The notes beneath the pieces were generated by a model that was not told the DNA's origin, searched no databases, and was given only the letters and a program-made list of their open reading frames with translations. A DNA stretch of 63,933 nt, the filler included. It is 6 parts of 6 records of this genome, joined end to end, with 100 filler letters (N's around TTAATTAATTAA, not from the genome) between each part and the next. Parts side by side here need not be neighbours in the genome. Positions count along the whole stretch, not along the records: positions 1 to 10,327 come from SRR20825019_2324; 5 more parts are not named here. One strand, written 5' to 3'. Positions 1-9,831 of the stretch are shown here, one piece after another. Both the position numbers and the translations under genes were made by a program. Position 1 is the first letter of the stretch; every line of letters begins with the position of its first letter.

Positions 1-162
1 GCGCCGCGCCGGCATGCAGGGCAGGCTGCCAGCATAGTGTTGGTCGTAGACCTGCGAGCGCCCGGCGAGCCGGTCAAAGTTCGGGGTCGGGACGGTCGTT
101 CCGCCATAACAGCCCAGCATGTGGCGGTTGAGCGAATCGAAGAGCAGCAGAACCGTCTTCAT
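1..162 (-). CDS. Formylglycine-type sulfatase, second paralog (N-terminal 54 codons; runs off the contig start)
   Basis: Not in the ORF track. The reverse strand from ATG at 162 reads MKTVLLLFDSLNRHMLGCYGGTTVPTPNFDRLAGRSQVYDQHYAGSLPCMPARR, with a CxPxR motif and close similarity to the N-terminus of 3315-4889. It starts 4 nt after the tctA stop. Confidence 0.88.
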   Translation of the reverse strand, partial: MKTVLLLFDSLNRHMLGCYGGTTVPTPNFDRLAGRSQVYDQHYAGSLPCMPARR

Positions 163-166
163 CCGG

Positions 167-1705
167 TCATGCCTCATTCCGCCGGGCGTTCAGCCCCGCC
201 TGCGCCTCGCGCCGCTCCCGCCGGGCGGCACGAAAACCCCGATATGCCATATAGAGAGAGGCGAGGATCAGGACCGCGTCGATGGCGATCAACGTGGCTG
301 AAATCGGCCGCTCGAAGAAGATGGCGTAGCCGTCCCGCGACAACAGCAGCGAGCGCCGCAGATTGCTCTCCAGCAACGGCCCGAGGATGACGCCGATGAC
401 AAGCGGCGCCAGCGGGTAGCCGCCCGCCCGCAGGATGATGCCGAGAAGACCAAAGCCCAGCATTGCTCCCACATCGAAAAGCGAGGCCTGGAGCGCGAAA
501 GTGCCAAGCACGCAGAGCAGCAGGATCGTGGGGACCAGATATGCTTTTCTGAGCCTCAGCACCCAGACGAACAGCGGGGTGGCTGCGATGCCAATCACCA
601 AAAGGGCAATATTGGAGAAGAAATAGACAAGAAAGATGCCGCTCACGACATCCGGGCTCTGCACAAAGAGCTGCGGCCCCGGGAAATAACCAAGGATCAG
701 CAAGGCGCCGATCAGCACGGCCGAAGAGGCGTCGCCCGGAACCCCGAGTGCGAGCGACGGCACGAGCGTTCCGCCGACCGTGGCATTGTTCGCGCTTTCC
801 GTCGCCACCACCCCGCCTTCGGCCCCCTCGCCATAGCCAGCATTCTTGGGCGCTATCGTCTTGGCCATCGCGTAGGCAGTGAATGAGGAGATGACGCCTC
901 CTGCGCCGGGCAACACACCGAAGAACGAGCCGATGGCCGAGGACCGCAGCAGATTGCCCCAGTTGCGCAACGTCAGCATCAGACCGCGGAATCCGGGGCG
1001 GACGGGATCGACCGCTGGCCGATCAGTAAGCCCACCATGACGGATTTCGACCAGCATTTCCGGGATGGCGAAAAGACCGACGACGATGGCAACCAGATTG
1101 AAACCATCCAGGAGATTGTAATTGCCGAACGTGAAGCGATAGCCGGTGGTGAAGCTGTCAGTCCCGATCGTGGCGATGATCAGACCGATGGCGCCGCTCA
1201 TCAGCCCCTTCAGCAGGGTGCCTTCCGAAACCACGACGATGGCGAGCAGGCCAGTGACCGCAAGTGCTGCATATTCCGGCGGAGCAAACCGCGAGGCAAC
1301 GCCGGCAAGCCTCGGCGCGAAGAATATCAGGACCAGCCCTCCCAGCATGCCGCCAAGCGCCGAGGCGCTGATCGCAATGCCGATGGCATCCGCCGCGCGC
1401 CCCTTCTGCGCCATCGGTCGGCCGTCGAAAAGTGTCGCTGCCGCAAGCGGCGTGCCGGGAATGCCCAGCATGACGGCCGAAACCGACCCGCCACAGGAGC
1501 CGCCGACAAAAATCGCGATCAGGAAACCCATGGCCGCGACCGGCGGCAGGGTGATCGCCAGCGGCAGCATAAGGATAATGCCCATCAGCGGGCCCAGCCC
1601 CGGCAGTGCGCCGATGATAAGGCCGAAGAAAACACCGAGCGCTGTGAAGCCCAGCGCGAGCGGGGTCAGCAGCGCCAGTCCGGCGCCAAGAGTATCAGGC
1701 AGCAT
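167..1705 (-). CDS. tctA: Tripartite tricarboxylate transporter permease, TctA family
   Basis: Polytopic ~512 aa protein with GALPGLG, IPGTP, LPGAG, ESANNA and ALGVPGD motifs. ATG 1705 is preferred because a GGAGGGG RBS precedes it. Confidence 0.93.
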   Translation of the reverse strand: MLPDTLGAGLALLTPLALGFTALGVFFGLIIGALPGLGPLMGIILMLPLAITLPPVAAMGFLIAIFVGGSCGGSVSAVMLGIPGTPLAAATLFDGRPMAQKGRAADAIGIAISASALGGMLGGLVLIFFAPRLAGVASRFAPPEYAALAVTGLLAIVVVSEGTLLKGLMSGAIGLIIATIGTDSFTTGYRFTFGNYNLLDGFNLVAIVVGLFAIPEMLVEIRHGGLTDRPAVDPVRPGFRGLMLTLRNWGNLLRSSAIGSFFGVLPGAGGVISSFTAYAMAKTIAPKNAGYGEGAEGGVVATESANNATVGGTLVPSLALGVPGDASSAVLIGALLILGYFPGPQLFVQSPDVVSGIFLVYFFSNIALLVIGIAATPLFVWVLRLRKAYLVPTILLLCVLGTFALQASLFDVGAMLGFGLLGIILRAGGYPLAPLVIGVILGPLLESNLRRSLLLSRDGYAIFFERPISATLIAIDAVLILASLYMAYRGFRAARRERREAQAGLNARRNEA

Positions 1706-1737
1706 CGGGGATTGCCCCTCCAATCAAGGCGCATTCA

Positions 1738-2238
1738 TTACCAGGGCATGTGAAGGTCAAGAACTCCTCCCGGCATTGACACGAGCAGCACCACCTCGAA
1801 TATCCACGCGAGGCCGAACGTCAAAGCGAACGTCACCGTGGCAATGGCAACCCAGTTGCGAAGCCCGCAAAGCACCATGATGCCCGCCATCATGGCGAGG
1901 GTGGAAATGTAGTAGCCGAGGATACTCAGGACGAATACGTAAACCACCAGCACGGCCAGCACCGCTGCCGGGCGAAGCAGTGAGCGCCACGACATGCCCT
2001 GATCTTCCCGCGCCAAACCGCTACTGCGGGCAACAACCTGGAAACCGAGTTGCAGGACGACAAGGACGATCAGGCAGGCCGCTATCGTCTTCGGATAGCT
2101 GGCGGCGTTATCATAGGGACCGCCAGAGGCGATCCCTTGCTCGGTCAAATCGGTTGCGGCCTGCTGGAAAACCAGCCCGGCCACTCCGAGGCAGACGGCA
2201 GCCGCCAGCCATTCCGCATAGGCGGTGCGAAAGCGCAT
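1738..2238 (-). CDS. tctB: Tripartite tricarboxylate transporter small subunit, TctB family
   Basis: 166 aa, 4-5 TM segments, N-terminal 'YP' and C-terminal 'F...L...PGG'; lies between tctC and tctA. Confidence 0.88.
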   Translation of the reverse strand: MRFRTAYAEWLAAAVCLGVAGLVFQQAATDLTEQGIASGGPYDNAASYPKTIAACLIVLVVLQLGFQVVARSSGLAREDQGMSWRSLLRPAAVLAVLVVYVFVLSILGYYISTLAMMAGIMVLCGLRNWVAIATVTFALTFGLAWIFEVVLLVSMPGGVLDLHMPW

Positions 2239-2255
2239 GACGCCCTCTCCTTCGC

Positions 2256-3245
2256 TCAGTTCAATTTCTTGAGCTGTTCCTGCTCCCAGGAGAGAGCTTC
2301 AGCCATTTTCCCAAGCTGCTCCTGCACCGGACCGACGATTTCGTCATACTGGTCGTAGTCCCACTGCAGCGGGACATAGCCGAGGGCACGGATCTTCTCC
2401 TTGGTCTCGTCCTTGTTCACCGCGGCGGCCATAGCCTTGCGCAGCACATCGACCTTTTCCTGCGGTACATCCGGCGAGACCACCCACCAGTCCCAGCCCA
2501 TCGAGGCAAGGCCCGAAAGTCCGAAATCGCGATCGAAATCATTGAAATTCGGAGCACCGCCATAGGCCTCGCTCGACTCATCGAGGTCCGACATCACCAG
2601 CACAACGTCGACGGCTTCCTTGTCCTGTTGCCAGTTATTGACGTTGACGTAGGAGAAGTCGATTTCGCCGGATTTCAGGTTCTGGAAGGCATCGGCATCG
2701 GAACCGAATGGAATATTCTGCGCCACCACGCCGTAAGACTGCAACACCCGTGCGATGACCATATGGGGCAGATTGTTGCGGCTACCCGAGGAATAGCGCA
2801 GTTCGCCCGGATGGGCCTTGCCGTACTCCATCAACTCCTGCAAGTTCGAAAACCGCTCGTCGCCGCTCTTGATGCCGATGGAGAACGCATTTGACACCCC
2901 GGCATGCAGCGGCACTGCGTCCTTATAGGTCCAGTCGGCCTTGCCAAGCACTGGCTGCAGCACCAGCGGCGCAACCCATGCATCCATAATCGTATACCCG
3001 TCGGCCGGACGGCCCATCGCCGTCATATAGGCTTTCGTACCGGCAGCGCCTGGTGTCGAGATCACCGGAATGGATACGCCGAGTTCTTCGCCAACGGCCT
3101 CGGCCAGAATCTGGTTCGCGGCCATTGATGCGTTCGGCGTCCACGGAAAGATCAGGTCGATGTTGCGGGACGGGAAATCCTCGGCAAGTGCCGGGGTGAC
3201 CATCAGCGCCACCGCCAAAGCTGCAAGTTTCGTCATTTTTCTCAT
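2256..3245 (-). CDS. tctC: Tripartite tricarboxylate transporter substrate-binding protein (TctC/Bug family)
   Basis: Signal peptide, then FPSRNI, PGAAG and PADGYT Bug-family motifs. ATG 3245 follows GGAGGAGG. Confidence 0.87.
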   Translation of the reverse strand: MRKMTKLAALAVALMVTPALAEDFPSRNIDLIFPWTPNASMAANQILAEAVGEELGVSIPVISTPGAAGTKAYMTAMGRPADGYTIMDAWVAPLVLQPVLGKADWTYKDAVPLHAGVSNAFSIGIKSGDERFSNLQELMEYGKAHPGELRYSSGSRNNLPHMVIARVLQSYGVVAQNIPFGSDADAFQNLKSGEIDFSYVNVNNWQQDKEAVDVVLVMSDLDESSEAYGGAPNFNDFDRDFGLSGLASMGWDWWVVSPDVPQEKVDVLRKAMAAAVNKDETKEKIRALGYVPLQWDYDQYDEIVGPVQEQLGKMAEALSWEQEQLKKLN

Positions 3246-3314
3246 GAAATCCTCCTCCAGGATGACTGTTGTCCGCACGGCTTCCCGCCGCACAGGGAAT
3301 AGTGACGATACCGG

Positions 3315-4889
3315 TCAGTCCGGGGTCGCCATTTCAGGTGATTGCTTCGCGTTACAGGTCGTCCCCGGCTGGCTCAACCCATAGCGGGTATAGATCTCGG
3401 CAGGCGCATCATGAGCCTGAAGCACGCGGTTTACCGAAGCAAAGAGACGTTCTTCAATGGCGTCATCTCGCAGGGCATGGTTTTCCTCTGGGTCAGCGGC
3501 AAGATCGTAGATGCGGGTACCGGTATCCTGAAACGTCTCGCCGTCATGAACAGGAATGCGGGCAGCGCTCATCAGCGCATCGATCTGCATGACGGGCATT
3601 TTCTTGGTAAAATCGAATGGCGGGCGTAGAGTGGCGGTCTGCATTTCGGCGGCATCGAACATGCTGCTTACATGCATCGGCATCAGTGTGTATTCGTGAA
3701 GTCCCGGTCCATAAAGATCCTCGGGATAAATATAGCAGGTGTAGTTCCCGTCGCTCGCGCCGATCGGACCGCCGAACATGCCGAACACAACCACCTCGCT
3801 GGCCTTGTTCTCGCTCCAGACCGGCGTACCCTGCACCTCCGGCGGCGGCGTCACACCGAACAGGTCGAGGATCGAGGGCATCAGGTCATGCGTCTGTGTC
3901 AGGCGGTGTGAGCGCGTGCCCGCTCTTTCGGGCGCGCGGGGGTCGTGAACCATCAACGGAATGTGCGATATCTCCTGATAATAGGGCTGCAGGTTCTTGC
4001 CCCACCATTCGTGCTCGGACAGGAGGAAACCATGGTCGGTCGACAGGATCAACGCGGTGTCCTTCCACATGTCATTGGCATCCATCCAGTCAAGCAGGCG
4101 CCCGAACTGTGCGTCGCACATGGCAACCAGGGCCGCATAATTGGCGCGGACTTCGGCCCGCTCCTCCGCGGTTCCCTCGTCCTTGGCATAAAGCGGCCAG
4201 TCCAGAACGCCGCCGTTCCAGCCCGTCCGATACGGCGCCTTGAACCGTTCGGGCGCCTTGAACGGCTCATGCGGATCGAAGCATTCCAGCATCAGCAGCC
4301 AGTTGTCCGCAGCCTTGTTGGTTTCCAGGAAGTTGAGACCGGCATCGAAGCATTTGACGCCGGGATAGTCGACTTCTTCAAGAATATGATCGTTGTTGAT
4401 CGCGTGCTGGATGCGCACGGCAGCGCGGCCTGTAGGCGTCTGCCCGTCGTTGAAGGGATAGTGCTGCGACGCATAGATCTTGCGGTAACGCTCGATATCC
4501 GGTTCCACCACGCCATTGCAATTGTCATATTCCTGTCCGCGAATGAAATCATAGCCGGTGAAACGACCGTGATAAGTGCTGCCGCCATCTTCGAAATAGT
4601 GCAGATGATCTGTGGTCAGGCGCGTATGCACACCCGTCTTCCCGAGGATATCGGCAAACGAATTGTCGAAAGGTTCCAGCGGTCCCCAGCTCCGATGCAT
4701 AAAGTTGAGCCGTCCGGTATGCAGGTCACGTCGAGCCGGCATGCAGGGAAGAGAACCGGCGTAATGCTGATCGAAGGTTTGAGCGCGGGCGGCAAAGCGA
4801 TCAAAATTGGGCGTGGCGATTTCAGTTCCACCATAGGCGCCCAATGCCTTGCGGTTAAGGGAATCGAACAAACAAAAAATCGCGCGCAC
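3315..4889 (-). CDS. Formylglycine-dependent (Cys-type) sulfatase
   Basis: 524 aa with N-terminal FDSL, TPNFDR, CMPARR (CxPxR), DPHEPF and TDHG motifs. GTG start after GAGGAGG. Confidence 0.92.
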   Translation of the reverse strand: MRAIFCLFDSLNRKALGAYGGTEIATPNFDRFAARAQTFDQHYAGSLPCMPARRDLHTGRLNFMHRSWGPLEPFDNSFADILGKTGVHTRLTTDHLHYFEDGGSTYHGRFTGYDFIRGQEYDNCNGVVEPDIERYRKIYASQHYPFNDGQTPTGRAAVRIQHAINNDHILEEVDYPGVKCFDAGLNFLETNKAADNWLLMLECFDPHEPFKAPERFKAPYRTGWNGGVLDWPLYAKDEGTAEERAEVRANYAALVAMCDAQFGRLLDWMDANDMWKDTALILSTDHGFLLSEHEWWGKNLQPYYQEISHIPLMVHDPRAPERAGTRSHRLTQTHDLMPSILDLFGVTPPPEVQGTPVWSENKASEVVVFGMFGGPIGASDGNYTCYIYPEDLYGPGLHEYTLMPMHVSSMFDAAEMQTATLRPPFDFTKKMPVMQIDALMSAARIPVHDGETFQDTGTRIYDLAADPEENHALRDDAIEERLFASVNRVLQAHDAPAEIYTRYGLSQPGTTCNAKQSPEMATPD

Positions 4890-4965
4890 CGCAGCCTCCT
4901 CAAATTAACGATGGCCAAATTGAGGAAAACTTCTATTTCTGTAAAATATTGATTTTTTAATTGTA

Positions 4966-4980
4966 ATAGGCAGAGCCTAT
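4966..4980. promoter_or_regulatory. LysR recognition box (T-N11-A palindrome)
   Basis: Perfect inverted repeat ATAGGC-AGA-GCCTAT in the AT-rich divergent spacer, 1 nt before the lysR ATG. Confidence 0.7.
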
Positions 4981-4981
4981 C

Positions 4982-5881
4982 ATGAGAAGTACATATAGCG
5001 AGTTGGTCCGTCGTTTCGTCACGGTCGCCGAATGCGGCAGCTTGCAGGCTGCGGCGCGGGCGCTCCACATGTCCCAACCGTCGCTGACACAGTCCGTACG
5101 GCAGATCGAGGCAAATTTTGGGGTTCGCCTTTTCGAGCGCACGCGCAAAGGCATGACACTGACCGAGGCGGGGCAGCGCCTTTACGACCGTTCGCTCAGG
5201 ATGCTGGCCGAGGAAGCCCGCGCCCGCGCGGAAATCGCTGACGTGGCCAAGGGCGGTCGTCAGTTCCTTTCGATCGCGGCAGGAACGGCCTGGGGATATT
5301 GCTTCCTGCCGCCGGTGATCCACAAATTGCAGCAACGCCATCCCGAGCTTCGGGTCGATCTCGACATCTCTGTGACCACGCAAGCGCTGCCGCGTTTGGA
5401 GGATGGAAAGATTGACTGCTTCTTCGGCGCCGACCACAACGGCTTCGTACCGAGCCGGGGATTTGTGCGGAAGCCACTTCTGGACATAGAATACGCCGCC
5501 GCCTGTGGCCCCGCCTCACCGCTATGGTCGCAGTCAAAACCAGCGCTTGCGGATCTCGCAATACAGCCCATGGTCGTGTATCAGGATGACATGGGTTTGA
5601 TGACTCAGGTGATAGCCAGAATCGAAGAACTGGCCGGACACAAGGTAAATATCGCGGTACAAACCAAGTCCCTGCTTGCCAGCCTTGAACTGGCAGCTCT
5701 TGGACCATACGTCATCATTCTCGCGCGGCCTTTTCTGACACGCTTTGCTGAACCAAAACTTCGGATCCTTGCACTCGACACGCCTTTCCACCGATTCTCC
5801 AGCATGCTCTGCTACCGCGAAAGTCTCACTGAAACGCGCCCTTTCCGCACGCTGCTGTCTCTGCTGGACGAGAGCTTGTAG
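4982..5881 (+). CDS. LysR-family transcriptional regulator
   Basis: 299 aa with HTH 'GSLQAAARALHMSQPSLTQSVRQIE...LFERT...LTEAG'; divergent from the sulfatase operon. Confidence 0.95.
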   Translation: MRSTYSELVRRFVTVAECGSLQAAARALHMSQPSLTQSVRQIEANFGVRLFERTRKGMTLTEAGQRLYDRSLRMLAEEARARAEIADVAKGGRQFLSIAAGTAWGYCFLPPVIHKLQQRHPELRVDLDISVTTQALPRLEDGKIDCFFGADHNGFVPSRGFVRKPLLDIEYAAACGPASPLWSQSKPALADLAIQPMVVYQDDMGLMTQVIARIEELAGHKVNIAVQTKSLLASLELAALGPYVIILARPFLTRFAEPKLRILALDTPFHRFSSMLCYRESLTETRPFRTLLSLLDESL

Positions 5882-6118
5882 CGAAGCTGGAAAATCGGGA
5901 CAGAACGGCAGCAGGATCGGGCATTCTGAGGGCATAGTCGTCCGCCGTATCGAGCGGGGTTTTCAACGTCTCGCCACCGGCTTCATTTCAGCCCGTCCGC
6001 AACCAATGATGAAAAGGCAATCTGCCAGGGCCGCGCTTTCGGGCCGGCGCCGGAACCGTATCAGGTTGCCGCGGCCGGCAGGCTGATGAGTGGATATCGG
6101 TTTAAGCAGTCTGGATAT

Positions 6119-7735
6119 TCAGCGATGCTCCGCAAGAATAAGGTCCGCGGCCTTCTCTGCGATCATGATCACCGGCGCATTGGTATTGCCCGAGGTCAGC
6201 GTCGGGAAGATCGACGCATCGACAATCCTGAGCGCGTTGGTTCCGTAAACCTTGAGCGAAGCATCCACAACATCCGTGTCAGGGTCCGGGCCCATGCGGC
6301 AGGTGCTGACCGGATGAAACACCGTGCCGGCGCGGTTGCGCGCATCCTCAAGCAATGCCTCATCCGAGCGCACATCCGGTCCCGGCTCAACCTCCGCCTT
6401 GATGATCGCGGCCAGAGATGGCGCAGCGGCAAGCCTGCGGACAAGGCGGGAGGCGGCGATTATTTCCTGCCGGTCAAACTCCGTTGAGAGGTAGTTCGGA
6501 TGGATGACCGGCGCAGCGGCCGGATCGGCGCTTCTGATTTCCAGATGCCCGCGGCTGGTCGGCCGGGTCGGTTGTGCGCCCAGCAGAAAGCCGGAAAACG
6601 GGTCGGGTTTCATCAGCGGGCGTTCGCCCGGCGGCGCCTTGGAATAGCTCATCGGCGAATAGAAAAGCTGCATGTTCGGTGCATCAAGGCCCGGACGCGA
6701 GCGCACAAAACCGCCGGCATGGTTGATGCCGAGCGACAAGGGGCCGGTGCGCGTCAGAAGATATTGCAGGCCGAAGCGTAGACGCCCCGACAGCGGCGAA
6801 AGCTGGTCGTTCAGCGTCGGCACCTTGGAGGTGAACATGTAATCGATGCAGAGGTGGTCCTGCAGGTGCCGGCCAACGCCTTCCCGCGCGGTCACGACTG
6901 GAATGCCGTGGCGGTGCAGCAAGGCGCCGGGGCCGATGCCGGAAAGCTGCAACAACAGCGGCGAATTGATCGCGCCGGCCGAAACAATCACCTCCCGGCG
7001 TGCCCTTGCTTCATGGACAACGCCGTTTTGGCGATAGCGGACGCCAACCGCCTTATTGCCGTCAAACAGGATCTTCTCGGTCAGTGCGTGGGTCTCGACC
7101 TTCAGATTTTCACGTTTCAGCGCCGGGCGCAGATAGGCCCGTGCCGCCGACATCCGCATGCCGCCCTTGGTCGTGATCTGATAGATGCCGACACCTTCGA
7201 GAGAGGTACCGTTGAAGTCGTCGTTTTCGGCAAAGCCCGCTTCCGCGCCGGCCCTGATGAAATTGCCGCAGGTCGGGTGGCTGTCCCTGTTCTTGCTCTC
7301 GATCGTCAGCGGACCATCGCCGCCACGCATCTCGCTTGCGCCGCGATCATTGCTTTCAAGCTTCCTGAAATAGGGCAGAACATCGTCAAAGCCCCAGCCG
7401 GGATTGCCCATCGCCGCCCAGCCATCGAAATCCGAGCGATGACCGCGCACGAAGATCATCGCATTGATGGCGCTCGAGCCGCCGAGCGCCTTGCCGCGCG
7501 GCCAGTAGGAAGGCCTTCCGCCAAGCCCGGCATCGGGCTCGGTCATGTACATCCAGTTATAGCGCTTGTCGTAAAACGCCTTGCCATAGCCGATCGGCAT
7601 CATCAGCCAGAAGGAGCGATCCGAGTCGCCGGCTTCCAGCACGAGCACGGAATAGCGACCGTTTTCCGAAAGCCGGTTGGCGAGCACGGAGCCGGCTGAT
7701 CCGGCCCCGACGACGATGAAGTCGAACGCCGCCAT
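6119..7735 (-). CDS. GMC-family oxidoreductase (choline dehydrogenase-like)
   Basis: [40 protein letters not shown] and GNTNAP motifs. Start trimmed to MAAFDF at 7735. Confidence 0.93.
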   Translation of the reverse strand: MAAFDFIVVGAGSAGSVLANRLSENGRYSVLVLEAGDSDRSFWLMMPIGYGKAFYDKRYNWMYMTEPDAGLGGRPSYWPRGKALGGSSAINAMIFVRGHRSDFDGWAAMGNPGWGFDDVLPYFRKLESNDRGASEMRGGDGPLTIESKNRDSHPTCGNFIRAGAEAGFAENDDFNGTSLEGVGIYQITTKGGMRMSAARAYLRPALKRENLKVETHALTEKILFDGNKAVGVRYRQNGVVHEARARREVIVSAGAINSPLLLQLSGIGPGALLHRHGIPVVTAREGVGRHLQDHLCIDYMFTSKVPTLNDQLSPLSGRLRFGLQYLLTRTGPLSLGINHAGGFVRSRPGLDAPNMQLFYSPMSYSKAPPGERPLMKPDPFSGFLLGAQPTRPTSRGHLEIRSADPAAAPVIHPNYLSTEFDRQEIIAASRLVRRLAAAPSLAAIIKAEVEPGPDVRSDEALLEDARNRAGTVFHPVSTCRMGPDPDTDVVDASLKVYGTNALRIVDASIFPTLTSGNTNAPVIMIAEKAADLILAEHR

Positions 7736-7739
7736 CAGG

Positions 7740-8096
7740 TCAGCGCGCCTCGATGATGAAGAGCTTGCGGAGATGTTCATGGATTTCCCACTCGCCTGTC
7801 CAGCCCTGCGGCAGAACCAGAAGATCACCGGCGGCAAGCTTGCGCTCGCCGCTGCCATCGGCATTCTTCACCGAGGCGCTGCCGGACAGGATGTGGCAAT
7901 ATTCGCCGGCCTTGGTGCGGTCTGCGGTAAAGCGTCCGGCCGTGCATTCCCACACGCCTATCTTGGTGGCGCCATCGGGAGACGACCACAGGATCGCAGA
8001 CGCTTCTTCCTGACCGTCGGTCAGCGTCGTCGGTTTCGGCTGGAACGGGCCGAGCGTCAGATCGCCGAGCGCGGCAAAGGCTTCAAGACGTGTCAT
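7740..8096 (-). CDS. Small cupin (DUF861/cupin_3-like)
   Basis: 118 aa with [16 protein letters not shown] and PQGWTGEW motifs. Confidence 0.85.
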   Translation of the reverse strand: MTRLEAFAALGDLTLGPFQPKPTTLTDGQEEASAILWSSPDGATKIGVWECTAGRFTADRTKAGEYCHILSGSASVKNADGSGERKLAAGDLLVLPQGWTGEWEIHEHLRKLFIIEAR

Positions 8097-8112
8097 TTGG
8101 TATTCCTTACAC

Positions 8113-8937
8113 TTACTCGGAAGACTTGTTGCCGCCAAAGACCTGCGCCAGCACCATCATCAGGGTCGTGATCAGGATCATGATCGTCGAGATGGAGGCG
8201 ATGGTCGGGTCGATCTGGTCTCTGAGCGCATTGAACATGTTGCGGGTGAGCGTCGGATTGTCGCCGCCGGAGATGAACATCGCCACCACCACTTCATCGA
8301 ACGAGGTCAGGAAGGACAGCAGCGCCGCCGTGACCACCGCAAAGCGGATCTGCGGCAAGGTGACGGTCAGAAATGCCTTCCATCGCGGCGCCCCAAGCGA
8401 ACGGGCGGCGTTCTCCTGCGCCATGTCGAAGGTCTTGAATGCCGACCCGATGACGATCACCACAAGCGGCAGGGCAAGCACCGTATGGGCGAGAACAAGT
8501 CCGGTGACCGTGTAGAGGATGTTCAGCTTGACGTAGACGTAGAAGGCCCCGACAGCTACCAGAACCAGCGGCACCATCATCGGCGTGATCAGCAGCACGA
8601 AGGCCAGCCGGACGACCGGCATTTTTGCGGTGTGCAAGGCGTAGGCCGCCAGCACCCCGATCGGCGTTGCAACCACCATGGTCAGGATCGCGACCTTGAT
8701 CGAGGTTCGGGTTGCCAGCATCCACTCGTCGGAGCCGAAATAATGCTCGTACCATCGAAGCGACCAGTTCTGCGGCGGAAACTCGAGATACTGGCTGTCG
8801 GAGAACGACATCGGGATGACGATCAGTGTCGGCACGACGAGGAACAGGATAATCAGCGTCGCCAGGGCATAGAGCCAGAGCCTGCCGCCATGGGTGATCT
8901 GCGTTTCGGTTGCGGGGGATTTAAGCCAGTTCAGCAT
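8113..8937 (-). CDS. ABC transporter permease, PotC-like
   Basis: EAA-loop variant 'ENAARSLGA' and 'SFDEVV'. The start overlaps the upstream stop (TGATG). Confidence 0.9.
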   Translation of the reverse strand: MLNWLKSPATETQITHGGRLWLYALATLIILFLVVPTLIVIPMSFSDSQYLEFPPQNWSLRWYEHYFGSDEWMLATRTSIKVAILTMVVATPIGVLAAYALHTAKMPVVRLAFVLLITPMMVPLVLVAVGAFYVYVKLNILYTVTGLVLAHTVLALPLVVIVIGSAFKTFDMAQENAARSLGAPRWKAFLTVTLPQIRFAVVTAALLSFLTSFDEVVVAMFISGGDNPTLTRNMFNALRDQIDPTIASISTIMILITTLMMVLAQVFGGNKSSE

Positions 8938-9830
8938 CAGTGCCCGCCTCCTGCGATCCGGTCGAGGTTGAGGAATTTCGAGGCAATCCAGAGAATGATC
9001 ATGGTCATGATCAGCAGCACGACGCCCAGCGCGCTGGCAGCCCCCCAGTTCACGAACATCTCGATATTGGAGACGATCTTCATCGACACCATGATCACCT
9101 TGCCGCCGCCCAGAACCGCGGGCGTGACGTAGAACCCGAGGCAAAGGATGAACACCATCAGCGCACCGGCAAACAGGCCGGGAACGGTGAGCGGGAAGAA
9201 CACCGTCCAGAATGCGTGTTTCGGAGAAGCCCCCAGATTGGATGCGGCTTTCATCAGGTCGCGATCGATCGACTTCATCGCCCCGTAGGTCGGAAGAATG
9301 AGGAAGGGCAGCATGATGTGAACCATGCCGATCAGCGTGCCGTTCATGTCATGCACCATCTTGATCGGCTCGTCCCAGAGACCGAGCGAAATCGCCCATT
9401 GATTGATCAGTCCCTGCTTTTGCAGCAGCACCAGCCACGCATAGGTGCGCACAAGCAGCGACGTCCAGAATGGTAGCAATACGGCGATCATGAAGATACT
9501 GGCGAGCCGGTTGGGCAACTGCGCCAGAAAATAGGCCATCGGATAGCCAATCAGGATTGTCAGCGCGGTGGTATAAACGCTGACCTCGAAGGTCGTTTCG
9601 AAGATGCGGCGGTATGATTTCCGATCAATCATCCGGGTGTAGTTCTCAAGCGAGAACGTGCCGTCCGCACCGACGAAAGAAAGATAGAACAGCCAGCCGA
9701 CCGGGATCACGAGCACCACGAAAACGATCAGCAGTGCGGGCGCGCCGAGGCCGAAAAGCTTGAGCTTCTCAATCCGCGCATCGTGCTTCAGTTCGGTAGC
9801 ATTGGTCTCGGTGACAAGGGTTGCAGCCAT
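8937..9830 (-). CDS. ABC transporter permease, PotB-like
   Basis: 'LLPFWTSLLVRTYAW', 'AASNLGA' and 'GFYVTPAVLGG' motifs. Confidence 0.9.
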   Translation of the reverse strand: MAATLVTETNATELKHDARIEKLKLFGLGAPALLIVFVVLVIPVGWLFYLSFVGADGTFSLENYTRMIDRKSYRRIFETTFEVSVYTTALTILIGYPMAYFLAQLPNRLASIFMIAVLLPFWTSLLVRTYAWLVLLQKQGLINQWAISLGLWDEPIKMVHDMNGTLIGMVHIMLPFLILPTYGAMKSIDRDLMKAASNLGASPKHAFWTVFFPLTVPGLFAGALMVFILCLGFYVTPAVLGGGKVIMVSMKIVSNIEMFVNWGAASALGVVLLIMTMIILWIASKFLNLDRIAGGGH

Positions 9831-9831
9831 G

